64,000 bases of DNA, from the IMG/VR virus record IMGVR_UViG_3300017938_000005; one strand, given 5' to 3'. Shown piece after piece: positions 18,144-27,724 of the stretch. Below the pieces are notes generated by a model. It saw nothing but the letters and a program-made list of their open reading frames with translations, was not told the origin of the DNA and did no database searches. Position 1 is the first letter of the stretch. Each line of letters begins with the position of its first letter. The stretch is from a virus. Lineage: Duplodnaviria > Heunggongvirae > Uroviricota > Caudoviricetes. Both the position numbers and the translations under genes were made by a program.

Positions 18144-19375
18144 TTCTTCTCCGCTCCCGCGCCGAGCTTGCGCTCGAGATCGTTGAACGCAGCTTCGAGG
18201 CTCGCCGTACCGGCCTTATCGCCCATCGCATACGCGACGCTCGCGTTGTCGCACGCGTCGACGATGCTCTTCCACGTCGAGTGCCGCATGACGCCTTCGA
18301 GCAGGATCACGGCCCCGACCTTCCCCGCGCGCACGCGCTTCTCGAGCGTGTTCTCGCCGCGCGGGCTGTCGTGATCGATCACATGCCACTCGACGTCGAA
18401 GCCAAAGCGCTCCTTGATCGACACGATCTTCTCCGGGACGAGCATACCTCCCGCGAGAAGGATCGGGCCCTCGAGCGCGCGCAAGAGCGGGAGCTTCGGC
18501 CACGAGTGCGCCGCCGCAGGAGCCTTCTTGTCTTCGACCAGCTTCGCCTTCGCGAGGGCCGCGCCAAGCGCGGTGACCGGTTCCTTCTGGGACGGGCGAC
18601 GCGACGGCGTGACCGGCTTCTCAGCGTCGCGATCATAATCGGCCACCTTGCGCCGGCATTTCCGCGCGATGTTCTCCCAGTCGCCGGTCGAGCCAAACGC
18701 GAGACCCCGGATGAAACCGGTGACACCCCCCTCGGTCTTGAGCGCGCCGAGCACGGGCAGGTAGCTACCGAGCCTCTCGCTCGCCTCGTGATGGGGAGGC
18801 AAGCGATCTTGAAAGATGCGCACCTCCGCGACGACGGCCTGGAGCAAAGGCCCGAGGCGCGTGTGGTGGTATTTCTCCGCGGTGACGTCGCTCCGCAAGA
18901 CCTCGATCTCCTCCACGAGCTTCCACGCGGCCTCGACGTCCTCAGGCCGCGCGGCGCGCCGCTCGAGCCGAGGTGGAGCCTTGACGGGATCCGCGATCGA
19001 CGACGAAGGGGTGGGCTCCACAGAAGACGACAGAGGTTCGACGAGCGAACCTGGCACAAGCGGTAGCGCAAGCTCGAGACCCATGTGCCGTGCGAAAGAG
19101 GTGAGCTGCTCGACGAGTCGCACCTTCGACTCCGCAAAAACAGAAGCCTCGGGAACCTCGGGCATCCCGAGCACGGCAAAGATGGCGTTGCGCACCCGGC
19201 GTTCGCAATCCCGTCTCGCGGCTTCCGCGTGAACCGCGAGCGCCGCACGCAGGCTGTCGCATTTCTCGAGCAAGGGCCCCATCTCCACGGTCACCTTGGC
19301 CTCGACACCGGCTTGCAAGTTGTCTTCGATCGCGGGCATGTCCGTTCGTCCTTCCTGAACCATCTTCAACATCAT
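18140..19375 (-). CDS. hypothetical protein with C-terminal DUF2325-like domain
   Basis: C-terminal GAVILLEGVMRHSTW..AC..ASVAY resembles the DUF2325 flavodoxin-like fold. Confidence 0.7.
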   Translation of the reverse strand: MMLKMVQEGRTDMPAIEDNLQAGVEAKVTVEMGPLLEKCDSLRAALAVHAEAARRDCERRVRNAIFAVLGMPEVPEASVFAESKVRLVEQLTSFARHMGLELALPLVPGSLVEPLSSSVEPTPSSSIADPVKAPPRLERRAARPEDVEAAWKLVEEIEVLRSDVTAEKYHHTRLGPLLQAVVAEVRIFQDRLPPHHEASERLGSYLPVLGALKTEGGVTGFIRGLAFGSTGDWENIARKCRRKVADYDRDAEKPVTPSRRPSQKEPVTALGAALAKAKLVEDKKAPAAAHSWPKLPLLRALEGPILLAGGMLVPEKIVSIKERFGFDVEWHVIDHDSPRGENTLEKRVRAGKVGAVILLEGVMRHSTWKSIVDACDNASVAYAMGDKAGTASLEAAFNDLERKLGAGAEKK

Positions 19376-19378
19376 GAG

Positions 19379-20050
19379 TTACCGTCCTGCCATGCGGCGC
19401 TTCGGGTTCCATCGACCCTCTTCGACGCGCCGCGCGTTGTCGATCGGGATGAACGCTTCGAGATCGAGCTTCTTGATCGCTGCGTAGACCTTCGAAGCGT
19501 GCTCGCCGAGCTGCGCGAGCGGCGAGTTCGCGAGCCACATGAGCTGGTGCAGGGTGAGGATTCCCGGCTCTTGCTCGGTGACGTCGAGCCGGAGATATTC
19601 CTCGACAAACCTCCACGTCGCGCTGTCCATCACGCTCTTCGTGATGTCGAACATCCTGTCATCCGGATCGAAGTCCGGCGGCGCCTCGCGCATCGCGCCC
19701 CGGAAACTGTTGCCGCCCTCGTCGTAGCAGGCGCGCCCGTCCAGCTTCGTCGGCAGACCGAGAAAGAGGTACGGTGCGCGCGCCTCGAAAGCCCACCGAG
19801 TCGGATCGAGGATGCGCTCGTCATCGTGAAGGACGATCCATCCATGCTGCACGAACGGCAACGTTCCCCCGCGCCAGAACGTGGACTTCTCGTCCACGGG
19901 TCCGAGCCAATGTCCGTAGACCGCGACGCCGCGAACGAGCTTCGCGTCCACGATCGCGCACGCGATCTCGTAGCAGCGTCCCGCCCACGCGAGAGCCTTC
20001 TCGCCAAGCGCCTCTTCGCAGTGCGCGAGCGTCAACTCGTCGGGTTTCAT
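19379..20050 (-). CDS. putative transglutaminase/papain-fold (Cys-His-Asp) protein
   Basis: GRCYE..QHGWIV..ILDPT spacing of triad; ATGA start 20050. Confidence 0.6.
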   Translation of the reverse strand: MKPDELTLAHCEEALGEKALAWAGRCYEIACAIVDAKLVRGVAVYGHWLGPVDEKSTFWRGGTLPFVQHGWIVLHDDERILDPTRWAFEARAPYLFLGLPTKLDGRACYDEGGNSFRGAMREAPPDFDPDDRMFDITKSVMDSATWRFVEEYLRLDVTEQEPGILTLHQLMWLANSPLAQLGEHASKVYAAIKKLDLEAFIPIDNARRVEEGRWNPKRRMAGR

Positions 20051-20256
20051 AACATCGCCTCGCGTCGCGGCCGGCACGCGTGATTCTGGCAGTCGCATTT
20101 CGGATCGCCGCACAACACCTCCAAGCCTTCTCCGAAGTTGTCCCAAGTGGCGATGCGGTGCCTCTGTCCCTTGTGATTCTTCGGCAGGCAGCACCGAAGC
20201 GTGAATCCAGAGATCTCTGCGTTGCACAGTCGCTCTTTCTTCGCCCGCTTCTTCAT
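20047..20256 (-). CDS. small Cys/His-rich protein
   Basis: C..CCLPKNHKGQRH..C..C.C. Confidence 0.6.
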   Translation of the reverse strand: MKKRAKKERLCNAEISGFTLRCCLPKNHKGQRHRIATWDNFGEGLEVLCGDPKCDCQNHACRPRREAML

Positions 20257-20717
20257 CGCCCCTCCTTGATGAAGTCGTGCTTCTCTTCTGCGGCCCAGTC
20301 CTCCCGCTCCGACGGCGTCGGCTCGTCTTCGGGCTCGTCATGACATTTCCGGGACACGATGTTCTGGCGCGGCGAGTCCGACCAAAAACCCCAGCGCGCC
20401 CTAGTGCGCCGGCTCGCGAGCGCGTGGAACGCCGAGTGGAGATCCTCGATCAACTCGGAGTAGCGCATCACGAGCGCCTGGACGCGCGCGTCTTCGGTCG
20501 GAGGAAGACCCGAAAGCACGTAGACGCCTTTGCACGCGATGACGGTCATGATCTTCTCGCGAAGCTCGTCCGGAAACTCCCGGTCGCCCGTGCAAAGGAT
20601 CACGTCCCGGATGACGTCCTTCTCGATCTCCGCGACCGCGGCGAGGTAGTCCTCGTCGCCAAGCGTCTTCGGGACCTCACGAACGGCGCGCGCCGCATCG
20701 TCGAAATAGCTCGTCAC
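20253..20717 (-). CDS. hypothetical protein
   Basis: Track ORF, coupled. Confidence 0.65.
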   Translation of the reverse strand: MTSYFDDAARAVREVPKTLGDEDYLAAVAEIEKDVIRDVILCTGDREFPDELREKIMTVIACKGVYVLSGLPPTEDARVQALVMRYSELIEDLHSAFHALASRRTRARWGFWSDSPRQNIVSRKCHDEPEDEPTPSEREDWAAEEKHDFIKEGR

Positions 20718-21004
20718 TTATAACCTCCGGGATGCGGGGACTCGAAGTGCTTCGCGCGGTACTCGTTCAACTGGTCTTCCTTCGGCAGGTGCATCGCGTA
20801 GACCTCCATCACCTTGAGCATGCTCTCGCCGCGCTTGTAGCGCTCCGCGATGGTCCCGCACTTCGCCGCCACGTCCTCGCCGGGCATGATGTAGATGGGC
20901 TCGTCTTGCCAATCCCACGTGTCGCAGACGACGATCATGTGCGTCGCGCCGCGCTGCTTGCCGCTGTCGAACCAGTGGCCGATTTCCGCCTTCGAGGTTC
21001 CCAT
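20714..21004 (-). CDS. hypothetical phage protein
   Basis: MGTSKAEIGHWF..GATHMIVVCDTWDWQD. Confidence 0.7.
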   Translation of the reverse strand: MGTSKAEIGHWFDSGKQRGATHMIVVCDTWDWQDEPIYIMPGEDVAAKCGTIAERYKRGESMLKVMEVYAMHLPKEDQLNEYRAKHFESPHPGGYK

Positions 21005-21012
21005 GGACCGGC

Positions 21013-21306
21013 TCAGCCCGTGTATCCGTCGTGGTCCTTGTCGTACCCACGCGTGTATCGCCGCTCTTCGGGCACCTTCGTCACGCTGCCCGCAGCATCC
21101 TTCGCGACAGCCTGCTCGGTCTTGGGTTTCCGCGCGTGGCGCACGTGCATCCCGGGAATGCATTTCGTGTGAAGTCCGGCGACCGGCTCCGCGCCACCGA
21201 TGGGAACGATGGCCCATTCCGTCCTAAAGTTACCGCAACCAATGCAGATGAGATCGGTGCGCGAGACCTTCTCGAGCGCGACCTTGCAGAACCGCTTCTT
21301 CTTCAT
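21013..21306 (-). CDS. zinc-finger protein
   Basis: CIGC..HTKC; GGAG RBS. Confidence 0.7.
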   Translation of the reverse strand: MKKKRFCKVALEKVSRTDLICIGCGNFRTEWAIVPIGGAEPVAGLHTKCIPGMHVRHARKPKTEQAVAKDAAGSVTKVPEERRYTRGYDKDHDGYTG

Positions 21307-21348
21307 GGGGTGCTCCTTTAGTCAAACAACTTCAATCAGCTTCACATG

Positions 21349-21377
21349 ACTGTAACAGATGCAAAGTGGTATGTCAA
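21349..21377 (-). promoter_or_regulatory. near-consensus sigma70 promoter TTGACA-N17-TACAGT, followed by GTCATGTGAA box
   Basis: Read directly. Confidence 0.75.
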
Positions 21378-21670
21378 GCTCTCACAAACGGCCTGCAGTC
21401 ACAATGGGGACGCGCGCAATGAGTCCAGTCGATGCGTGCCCATGTGTAGAGCGTCGTCGGCCATACATGCCCGCAATCAAGACAGCACACGATCGAACGA
21501 TGACCGTAAAACGCGGAACCGCCGCCACCGTGACCCGAGTGCTGCGAGCGCGTCGGCCTCACTTCGCAACCGACAGCTTGGATGCCTTTGCGATTACGAT
21601 CACGACCCCACTTGCCGCGTTTGCATTTCGGGCACTTGATCGAGACCGGTGTTCCGGTCGGCATCGTCAA
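21374..21670 (-). CDS. Cys-rich hypothetical protein
   Basis: CPKC..CLDC; overlaps the upstream ORF, so uncertain. Confidence 0.5.
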   Translation of the reverse strand: MTMPTGTPVSIKCPKCKRGKWGRDRNRKGIQAVGCEVRPTRSQHSGHGGGGSAFYGHRSIVCCLDCGHVWPTTLYTWARIDWTHCARPHCDCRPFVRA

Positions 21671-22190
21671 GGCGCCTCCGCCCGCGCAGCGGGCACGGCC
21701 GCGACTCCGGACCCTTCACGAACGCGTCGCGCCAGTACGAGAGCACCGCGATCCACTCCTGCGGACCCGGCGCGCGCACGCCGCGCTTCATGAGCCTCGC
21801 AGCGTCGTCCGCGGAGATCTCTCCCGCTTCGTAGACGCGATAGCCACGCTTCTTCAGCTTCGTGATCTCCTTCGGATCGGCAGGTGCCGCTCCACGTTCA
21901 ATGCGGATACATTCGTGACCACGCACGTCCCAGCGATGCGACCATTCGATCGCGCGACCCGAAACACGACGCGCGGCTCCAGACGGCGGGCGCGAGACGA
22001 ACTCGTCCTTCAAGTCCACGACGTAAAAAGGCGCGGGCAGCGGCAAGAGTTCCTCGCGACGCTTCGAAGCGTCTTTCCGAGCCATGCGCGACGAAAGCGA
22101 CGCCGGATGACTCTCCACGATCTGCTTGTGGTCGTTGATCGACTGGATGAGCATCGAGACGATCCACGGGTCGTTCGTCATCGGCTGCAT
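21600..22190 (-). CDS. hypothetical phage protein
   Basis: HRWDVRGH..YW..FVKGPE motif common in phage early proteins. Confidence 0.6.
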   Translation of the reverse strand: MQPMTNDPWIVSMLIQSINDHKQIVESHPASLSSRMARKDASKRREELLPLPAPFYVVDLKDEFVSRPPSGAARRVSGRAIEWSHRWDVRGHECIRIERGAAPADPKEITKLKKRGYRVYEAGEISADDAARLMKRGVRAPGPQEWIAVLSYWRDAFVKGPESRPCPLRGRRRLDDADRNTGLDQVPEMQTRQVGS

Positions 22191-22247
22191 CCACTCGCCG
22201 GCAGCGCGGCGGGAGATCGCGGCGTGTCGTGCTCTCGTTCTCGAATT

Positions 22248-22607
22248 TCATGGCCCAAGGTCCTCCTTGAGTTCGTGCTCGCCGCTCCACGGATTCGGCT
22301 CGAGCGTGTTCGATTGAGCATAGGAACATTTGGGATTCGTATGCTTGCCCCTCACGACCGCGCACATGATCCTCGGCCCGGGGTCCGACGAAAGCGATGC
22401 CGAGGAGGCAGGGCGCAGGGTTCCCGGCCCAGCAATCTCGCGCGCGCCCTCGTCGAGGACGGCGTCGAGCCATGCGCGGCGACGACTCGTTTCAGGATGA
22501 ATGAACTCGTGAAGCTCGCCCTGCGCATTCGCGCGAACGTCACCGTCGATCTTCCAACCGCGCGCAAGGAGGAGCTGCTTGATGTCGTCCAGAATGGGGC
22601 GCGTCAC
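22248..22607 (-). CDS. hypothetical protein
   Basis: GTGA-coupled start. Confidence 0.5.
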   Translation of the reverse strand: MTRPILDDIKQLLLARGWKIDGDVRANAQGELHEFIHPETSRRRAWLDAVLDEGAREIAGPGTLRPASSASLSSDPGPRIMCAVVRGKHTNPKCSYAQSNTLEPNPWSGEHELKEDLGP

Positions 22608-22930
22608 GCGATCCTCCGCGAGTAACCGACCGTCCTGCGCGCGTTCGGAGGCGTCGCGACGGGCGACGGAGCAGCGATTCCGACGACCGCCGCAGCCTTG
22701 CGGACCATCCGATGCGCGATCTCGATGAACGCGCGACCCTCGAACCACGTCGCGCGGCAGGGGCCACACTCGCGAAGCGCCGCGCTGAGCCGCCGCTCGT
22801 GGAGGCTTCGCGCAGACGGCGACAAATTGTTCTCACCGAGCTTCCGAAGGAGGCGCTCGGCCTCCATCTTCGCGTCGACCAAAGAGCGCTTCTCGCGCTT
22901 CTGCCAAAAACGACTCGACTTCGGCGTCAT
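22604..22930 (-). CDS. basic hypothetical protein
   Basis: Track ORF; GAGG RBS. Confidence 0.6.
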   Translation of the reverse strand: MTPKSSRFWQKREKRSLVDAKMEAERLLRKLGENNLSPSARSLHERRLSAALRECGPCRATWFEGRAFIEIAHRMVRKAAAVVGIAAPSPVATPPNARRTVGYSRRIA

Positions 22931-22940
22931 AGCATCCTCC

Positions 22941-23306
22941 TCAATACCGCTGCCATTCGCGGAGGTAGCAACCGGACGCAGCCTGCATCGTCCCGTCGTC
23001 CGTGACCGGCAGGACGCGATAGAAGGTCTCTCCCCGCGTCGTCTTCATGTCCATCTGGAAAGACATCGCGAAGCCTTCGTGACGACCCTCGCGGAACTTG
23101 ATCCAGCCCGTCCAAGCATGCCGGTCCCGTCCGCGCGCGTACGTCGCGGAGGTGAACGTGGCTCCCGGGTGATAACAGCCGAGGACGGTACTCCCGAAGG
23201 ACTCATCACCGGCATGAGCCGCCGGCAGCGCGAGCGCTCCCGAAGAGGAAGACGCGAAAAACGATGCCGTGAAAACAGCGGCGACCAAGAACCGGCCGGG
23301 TTTCAT
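22941..23306 (-). CDS. secreted protein (signal peptide)
   Basis: MKPGRFLVAAVFTASFF..AHA signal; two Cys. Confidence 0.75.
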   Translation of the reverse strand: MKPGRFLVAAVFTASFFASSSSGALALPAAHAGDESFGSTVLGCYHPGATFTSATYARGRDRHAWTGWIKFREGRHEGFAMSFQMDMKTTRGETFYRVLPVTDDGTMQAASGCYLREWQRY

Positions 23307-23590
23307 GACGACAGACCTCCAGTCTCGATCCCAGCCTCGCCGAGCCGCGCCACGGCCGCGTCGAGCGTCTCGAGCGCGATCTCCTGCGCCACATCCAGCT
23401 CCGCGCAGACCTCGAGGAGCTTCTCGAAGAGCGCGGTCGGGACCCTCGTCGTCTCCGGCCCCATCTCGACGTCGTCGGACCCCGCGAGCGCCATCGCCGC
23501 GTCCGCCACGTCGGCTACGGCCTCCTCATGGTCGCGGGCCGCGCCCGCGATCTTCCCCAACTCGGCCATCTTGTCGCACGCCTCGCACAT
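23303..23590 (-). CDS. acidic hypothetical protein
   Basis: MCEACDK.. Confidence 0.6.
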   Translation of the reverse strand: MCEACDKMAELGKIAGAARDHEEAVADVADAAMALAGSDDVEMGPETTRVPTALFEKLLEVCAELDVAQEIALETLDAAVARLGEAGIETGGLSS

Positions 23591-23736
23591 CGCCGTCCTC
23601 CTCGCAGGTTGAGATACCAACAACTACCACTGCATAACACTGACTTGCATTCCTCACAAGTCCTCTCTGCAGCATCACATGCAACTTGTATGCTCACGGA
23701 CGCCGGGCTCGGCAAGGCCTGACGCGGCGGCCGTCA

Positions 23737-25977
23737 TCATTTTTCTTCCTCTTCCTCCTCCGGCTCGGGCGGCTCGGGCGGCACCGCGTTGTCCAGCTCG
23801 AACTTGCCCATGTGGACGTTCATGACGAAGCGCTTGTCCTCACCAAGAAGGCGGCGTCCCTCGTCGTCGATGCCCGCGATGGAGAAGTGGTCGCCGCGAC
23901 CATCGATCACCCGCCAGAGCGTCCCCTTCTCATGGGCCGCCCCGCCTTGCGTCGTCACGGCCTGTTTCAAACGGATCGCTTTCCCGAGCCAAGCTTTCCG
24001 CTGCTTTTTCTTCCTGTACTTCCACGCGCCGTCCTCGGTCTTGCGCCGCGGGATCGGTTCGAGCGGCTTCGGCGCCTTGCGGTTTCCCGCGTGGTACTCC
24101 TCGGCCGCGAGGAGGAAGGGCGCCCACTCGAGGTAGTCGGCGCGCGTCCGCGGGTCATCGAAGAATTGGTGGAAGTCTCCGGGCTTGTAGGCATCGACGT
24201 GGAAGACTTTCGAAGCATCGACCATGAACGTGCAGCGGATGGAGCTACCGTCGTCCTTCCACGTCTGCGTCTGGCGCTCCCGCTTCCACTCGTAGACGCA
24301 CTTTTTCGACTTGGGTTTCCACTCGAAGACGCGCGCGAGCTTGCCGGGACCGGGGTTTCCGTAGGGACGGTAGCGCGTCGGGCGGTAGTCGCTCCGCTTG
24401 TGGCGGTAGTCGCGATCCATCCGGGCGTTCTCCTTGATCGCTTCCTCCTTCTCCCACTGGATCTCTTGACCGATGGTGATCGAACCGGCCTTCAGGGACG
24501 CGTTCAGGCGCGCGCGGTACGCCTCGAAGTCGGGGCGCTCGCCAGGCGCGAGCGCGCGCGTGTCGTCGTAGACGAGTTCGAGGGCCTGCCCGAAACCTGC
24601 GTCCGTCCACACGGCCCAAGGCGGGTGTGGGTGGAAGACGGGCGACCGATCGAGCAGTCCCTGGAGCACGAGCACGAGGCGGTTGTGCCTCTTCATCTCG
24701 TCCTGCACGTGCTTGACCATCTCGTCGTAGTGAACGTTCGAGCGATCGAAGGGCTTGTAGTCGCGTGATTCGCGGAAGTAACTCCTGGACCTCCAGCGAT
24801 CCTTCTCCGGGTGCTTCTTCGCCTCCGCTTCTTCTTCCGCGATTTCTTTCTCCTCTTCCTCGACCATCGCGTCGTACTCGTCCTTCGTGATGATCTTGTC
24901 GACGCGATCCGAGAACATTTTCGCGTAGAGCGGGCCACCTTTCGACACTTTCCAGGAAGCCATGTCCGGGAAAAGTTGCTCGCCGAACTCGATGCCCGTC
25001 CCGAGGCAGAAGAGCTGCGCGCCGTTGCGGAGATAGAGGTACGTGAACTTGTCCGTCTTCTCCTCGTTAATGATGTTGAGAAACTCGGCCAAGTTCCCCC
25101 ACTCGCGCTCCTTCTTGGCGCGCCGCACTTGGAACGCAGCGACGCAGCGTGGGAACGGGAGGATCCGTTCCATATTTTCCTTCTTCGCGAGCCAGCGATC
25201 GAAGGCGTGCATGTCCTTGAATTCCATGCCGCCGACTTCGTAGCGCGCCAAACACTCCTCATCACAATAACAGCGACGCTGCATCAGTCGGATCTTCTCG
25301 CCGACGGGGGCGGGCTCACCCTGCCGGATCTGGATGATCTCTTCGACGAGACCCGCGTAAAGTTCGACCGAGAAGATGCGATCTTGGATGGCCTCAATCG
25401 CTGGCTCCATCGCCTCGGCCTGGGCCTCCATCGGGATCAATTCCGCGGCGAGCCATCGCCCGAGCCCCTCGTTCACGTCCCTGATCTCCTTGAAAAGCTC
25501 CGGGAGCGTCTTCTCCTTCGCGAGGACGAGCGCCTTCTTGTACTTGCCCATGTCCTTGTCGCCCGCTCCGCGGAGCGCGAGCGCCTGGGTCTCGGAGCCC
25601 GCCGAGGGGAGCACCGGTCCCGTGGTGATGGCGAGGCGCGCGGTGATCTCCTTCACCTTGTCCATGAGCCCGCGGACCTCGGCCTGGCGCGAGGCGATCT
25701 CGTCGCGAATGACGCGCTCGGGATCGGGCTCGTGCTCGCAGCGCTTCCAAAACTCGTCTTCGTGGACGCGGTCGTAGCCGCGGCTCGGCGCCGTGATCTC
25801 GACGTAGTTCGATCCCACGCGCGTGACGCAGCCAAACCACTTCTTCGTGCCGCCCTCACCGTCGTCGTCCGACACCCAATACCAGCGCCCGATCTTCGGC
25901 GCCGCCGGATCCTCGTTCGAGACTTCCTCGGCAGGCTTACCACGTTCCGCTTTCTTGGAGACGAGGGCGTCAGCCAC
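23737..25977 (-). CDS. large (about 746 aa) coiled-coil protein of unknown function
   Basis: Long track ORF with coding-type composition; GTG start 25977 inferred. Confidence 0.85.
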   Translation of the reverse strand: MADALVSKKAERGKPAEEVSNEDPAAPKIGRWYWVSDDDGEGGTKKWFGCVTRVGSNYVEITAPSRGYDRVHEDEFWKRCEHEPDPERVIRDEIASRQAEVRGLMDKVKEITARLAITTGPVLPSAGSETQALALRGAGDKDMGKYKKALVLAKEKTLPELFKEIRDVNEGLGRWLAAELIPMEAQAEAMEPAIEAIQDRIFSVELYAGLVEEIIQIRQGEPAPVGEKIRLMQRRCYCDEECLARYEVGGMEFKDMHAFDRWLAKKENMERILPFPRCVAAFQVRRAKKEREWGNLAEFLNIINEEKTDKFTYLYLRNGAQLFCLGTGIEFGEQLFPDMASWKVSKGGPLYAKMFSDRVDKIITKDEYDAMVEEEEKEIAEEEAEAKKHPEKDRWRSRSYFRESRDYKPFDRSNVHYDEMVKHVQDEMKRHNRLVLVLQGLLDRSPVFHPHPPWAVWTDAGFGQALELVYDDTRALAPGERPDFEAYRARLNASLKAGSITIGQEIQWEKEEAIKENARMDRDYRHKRSDYRPTRYRPYGNPGPGKLARVFEWKPKSKKCVYEWKRERQTQTWKDDGSSIRCTFMVDASKVFHVDAYKPGDFHQFFDDPRTRADYLEWAPFLLAAEEYHAGNRKAPKPLEPIPRRKTEDGAWKYRKKKQRKAWLGKAIRLKQAVTTQGGAAHEKGTLWRVIDGRGDHFSIAGIDDEGRRLLGEDKRFVMNVHMGKFELDNAVPPEPPEPEEEEEEK

Positions 25978-26374
25978 GATTGCGCTCGAAATGCACGAAG
26001 TCTTCTTTCTCGAGGCGCGAGGCGACGAAGCGCGCGTCGCTCGAGCGGAGGACGATCTTGTGAATGTCCGCACCCTTGCACGTCTTGGCGATCACGCTCG
26101 CCGCGGAGGAGACGATCGCCGTCGCCTCGCATTCGGTCTTGCCCACGAGATCCACGAGGTACCCGCTGCGCCCATCCTTCGAGCCTTGGATCTTGTCATC
26201 GACGTAATACCGGAAGCGATAATGGAGCTTGAACGTCTCGTCACCCTCGTCCCGGTAGAGCGTGGCGAGCCAGTCCGCGCGCTGGAAAAAGGTCCCGCTC
26301 CTGTCGACGGCGTTCCGGAGCGGAACGAACCAAACGGCAGCGATGTAGCGCCCGTCCTTCAACTCGAGCATCAC
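25970..26374 (-). CDS. hypothetical protein
   Basis: MLELKDGRYIAAVWF..; coupled. Confidence 0.7.
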   Translation of the reverse strand: MMLELKDGRYIAAVWFVPLRNAVDRSGTFFQRADWLATLYRDEGDETFKLHYRFRYYVDDKIQGSKDGRSGYLVDLVGKTECEATAIVSSAASVIAKTCKGADIHKIVLRSSDARFVASRLEKEDFVHFERNRG

Positions 26375-26751
26375 TTCTTCTTTCCTGCTTCCTCCCGGAA
26401 ACTGACCCACCAGGGAAACATCTCGAGCCACGTCTCTTCGCCTAGCGCCTCCCGCGCCCTCGACATCCAGAGTTGGTCATCGAGTCGATGAAGATTGATG
26501 TGCCCGAACATCGGATCGTAGTGCCCGCAGATCTCGACGACGAGTTGACGCAGAAGCGCTTCTTTACTGACAGAAACATCGTCAGCGTCGCCGGCATCGT
26601 CTGCATCGTCCAAGCCCGCCTTGAGCAGCCGGACAATCTGATCCGCGTTGTCGCGCGTCTTGCCCAGCAACTTGCTCGACGCTTCAGAGATCCTCGCGAC
26701 TTCTCGGAGCATCTCGGTCCGCTTTCGCTTGTTCTTGGTCGCCTTGGTCAC
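26371..26751 (-). CDS. hypothetical protein
   Basis: Track ORF. Confidence 0.65.
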   Translation of the reverse strand: MTKATKNKRKRTEMLREVARISEASSKLLGKTRDNADQIVRLLKAGLDDADDAGDADDVSVSKEALLRQLVVEICGHYDPMFGHINLHRLDDQLWMSRAREALGEETWLEMFPWWVSFREEAGKKK

Positions 26752-26893
26752 GGCTTACGCCCCCGCAGTGTTCGGAGCACCCTGAGCACCACGCCCGCCG
26801 AACCGACACCACGCTGCGCGAAAGAAAACGCAAGGAAGTCGTTCTCATCGGGACCTCCCGGGACTCGAGACCGGCGTCGCCGAAAAACAGCGC

Positions 26894-27061
26894 TCAGTTC
26901 TTCCTTAGCCACCGCCGCCTCGGCACGCTCGACCTCTTCCCACGGATGGCGTCGCCGAGGACGGCCTCTGCCTTCAGGATCGCCAAGGTCACGCGATCGT
27001 TCGCGTCCATCTCGCCTGCATCCATCTCACCCGCGTCCGCCTTCTTCGAATCATCGTTCAT
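26894..27061 (-). CDS. hypothetical protein
   Basis: MNDDSKKADAGEMDAGEMDA..; behind promoter. Confidence 0.5.
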   Translation of the reverse strand: MNDDSKKADAGEMDAGEMDANDRVTLAILKAEAVLGDAIRGKRSSVPRRRWLRKN

Positions 27062-27076
27062 CACTTGACTCCCACA

Positions 27077-27105
27077 GGTATACATCTCATACCAACTGAA
27101 TGCAA
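27077..27105 (-). promoter_or_regulatory. sigma70-like promoter TTGCAT-N17-(TG)TATACC; GTCAAGTGAT box at 27060-27069
   Basis: Read directly. Confidence 0.6.
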
Positions 27106-27167
27106 GGGACGGACCACGAGGAGAGCGTACGACATTTTGTGGTACCACGTCCCGGGTGAAGAGGCCG

Positions 27168-27338
27168 ATGAAGAAGCGTGCAGCGAAAACGATGAAGCAT
27201 CCGCAAGATAGCCACCGCTACCTCGATCCGTACGAGGTTTGGAAGCGCGTGATGCGCGTCGAGATCCCCAAGGCTCCGTGGGAAGAGATCCAGCGCTCGC
27301 ACTTCACCTACTGGTACATGCCGCTCGCGAAAGATTAG
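27168..27338 (+). CDS. small hypothetical protein; only convincing plus-strand gene
   Basis: GAGG RBS before ATG, GC3-rich codons, occupies a gap with no convincing minus-strand gene. Confidence 0.55.
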   Translation: MKKRAAKTMKHPQDSHRYLDPYEVWKRVMRVEIPKAPWEEIQRSHFTYWYMPLAKD

Positions 27339-27387
27339 GGCTCACGCGCGAATGGAAGCACCCGTCACCCGCTTCACGACGATCATT

Positions 27388-27702
27388 TCACTTTTTCGAA
27401 CGCACTTCACCAGCAAGCATGGTGGGATCCGTAGCTGGATCGCCAACCACTTCAACGACCTCTTCGAGATCTGCGAGCGACGATGGCGACAGCGGTGGTG
27501 GCGCAATGCTCACGAGCATCGGATTACAGTCGGGACACGTAACGAGAAGCTCACCGCTCTCAGGTAACGACGTCGCCAACCACCCATGAACCATCTTGAG
27601 ATGCATCTCGGCATTCGGCTTGAGCTTGGTGATGACGACGCGAAACGTCGTTCGCTTCGAACACTTGTCGCACTCCACGCTGACAGGAAATTCGATGCCC
27701 AT
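27388..27702 (-). CDS. zinc-finger protein
   Basis: CDKC..CPDC. Confidence 0.7.
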   Translation of the reverse strand: MGIEFPVSVECDKCSKRTTFRVVITKLKPNAEMHLKMVHGWLATSLPESGELLVTCPDCNPMLVSIAPPPLSPSSLADLEEVVEVVGDPATDPTMLAGEVRSKK

Positions 27703-27724
27703 GGATCATCCCGTGCTCGTCCGG

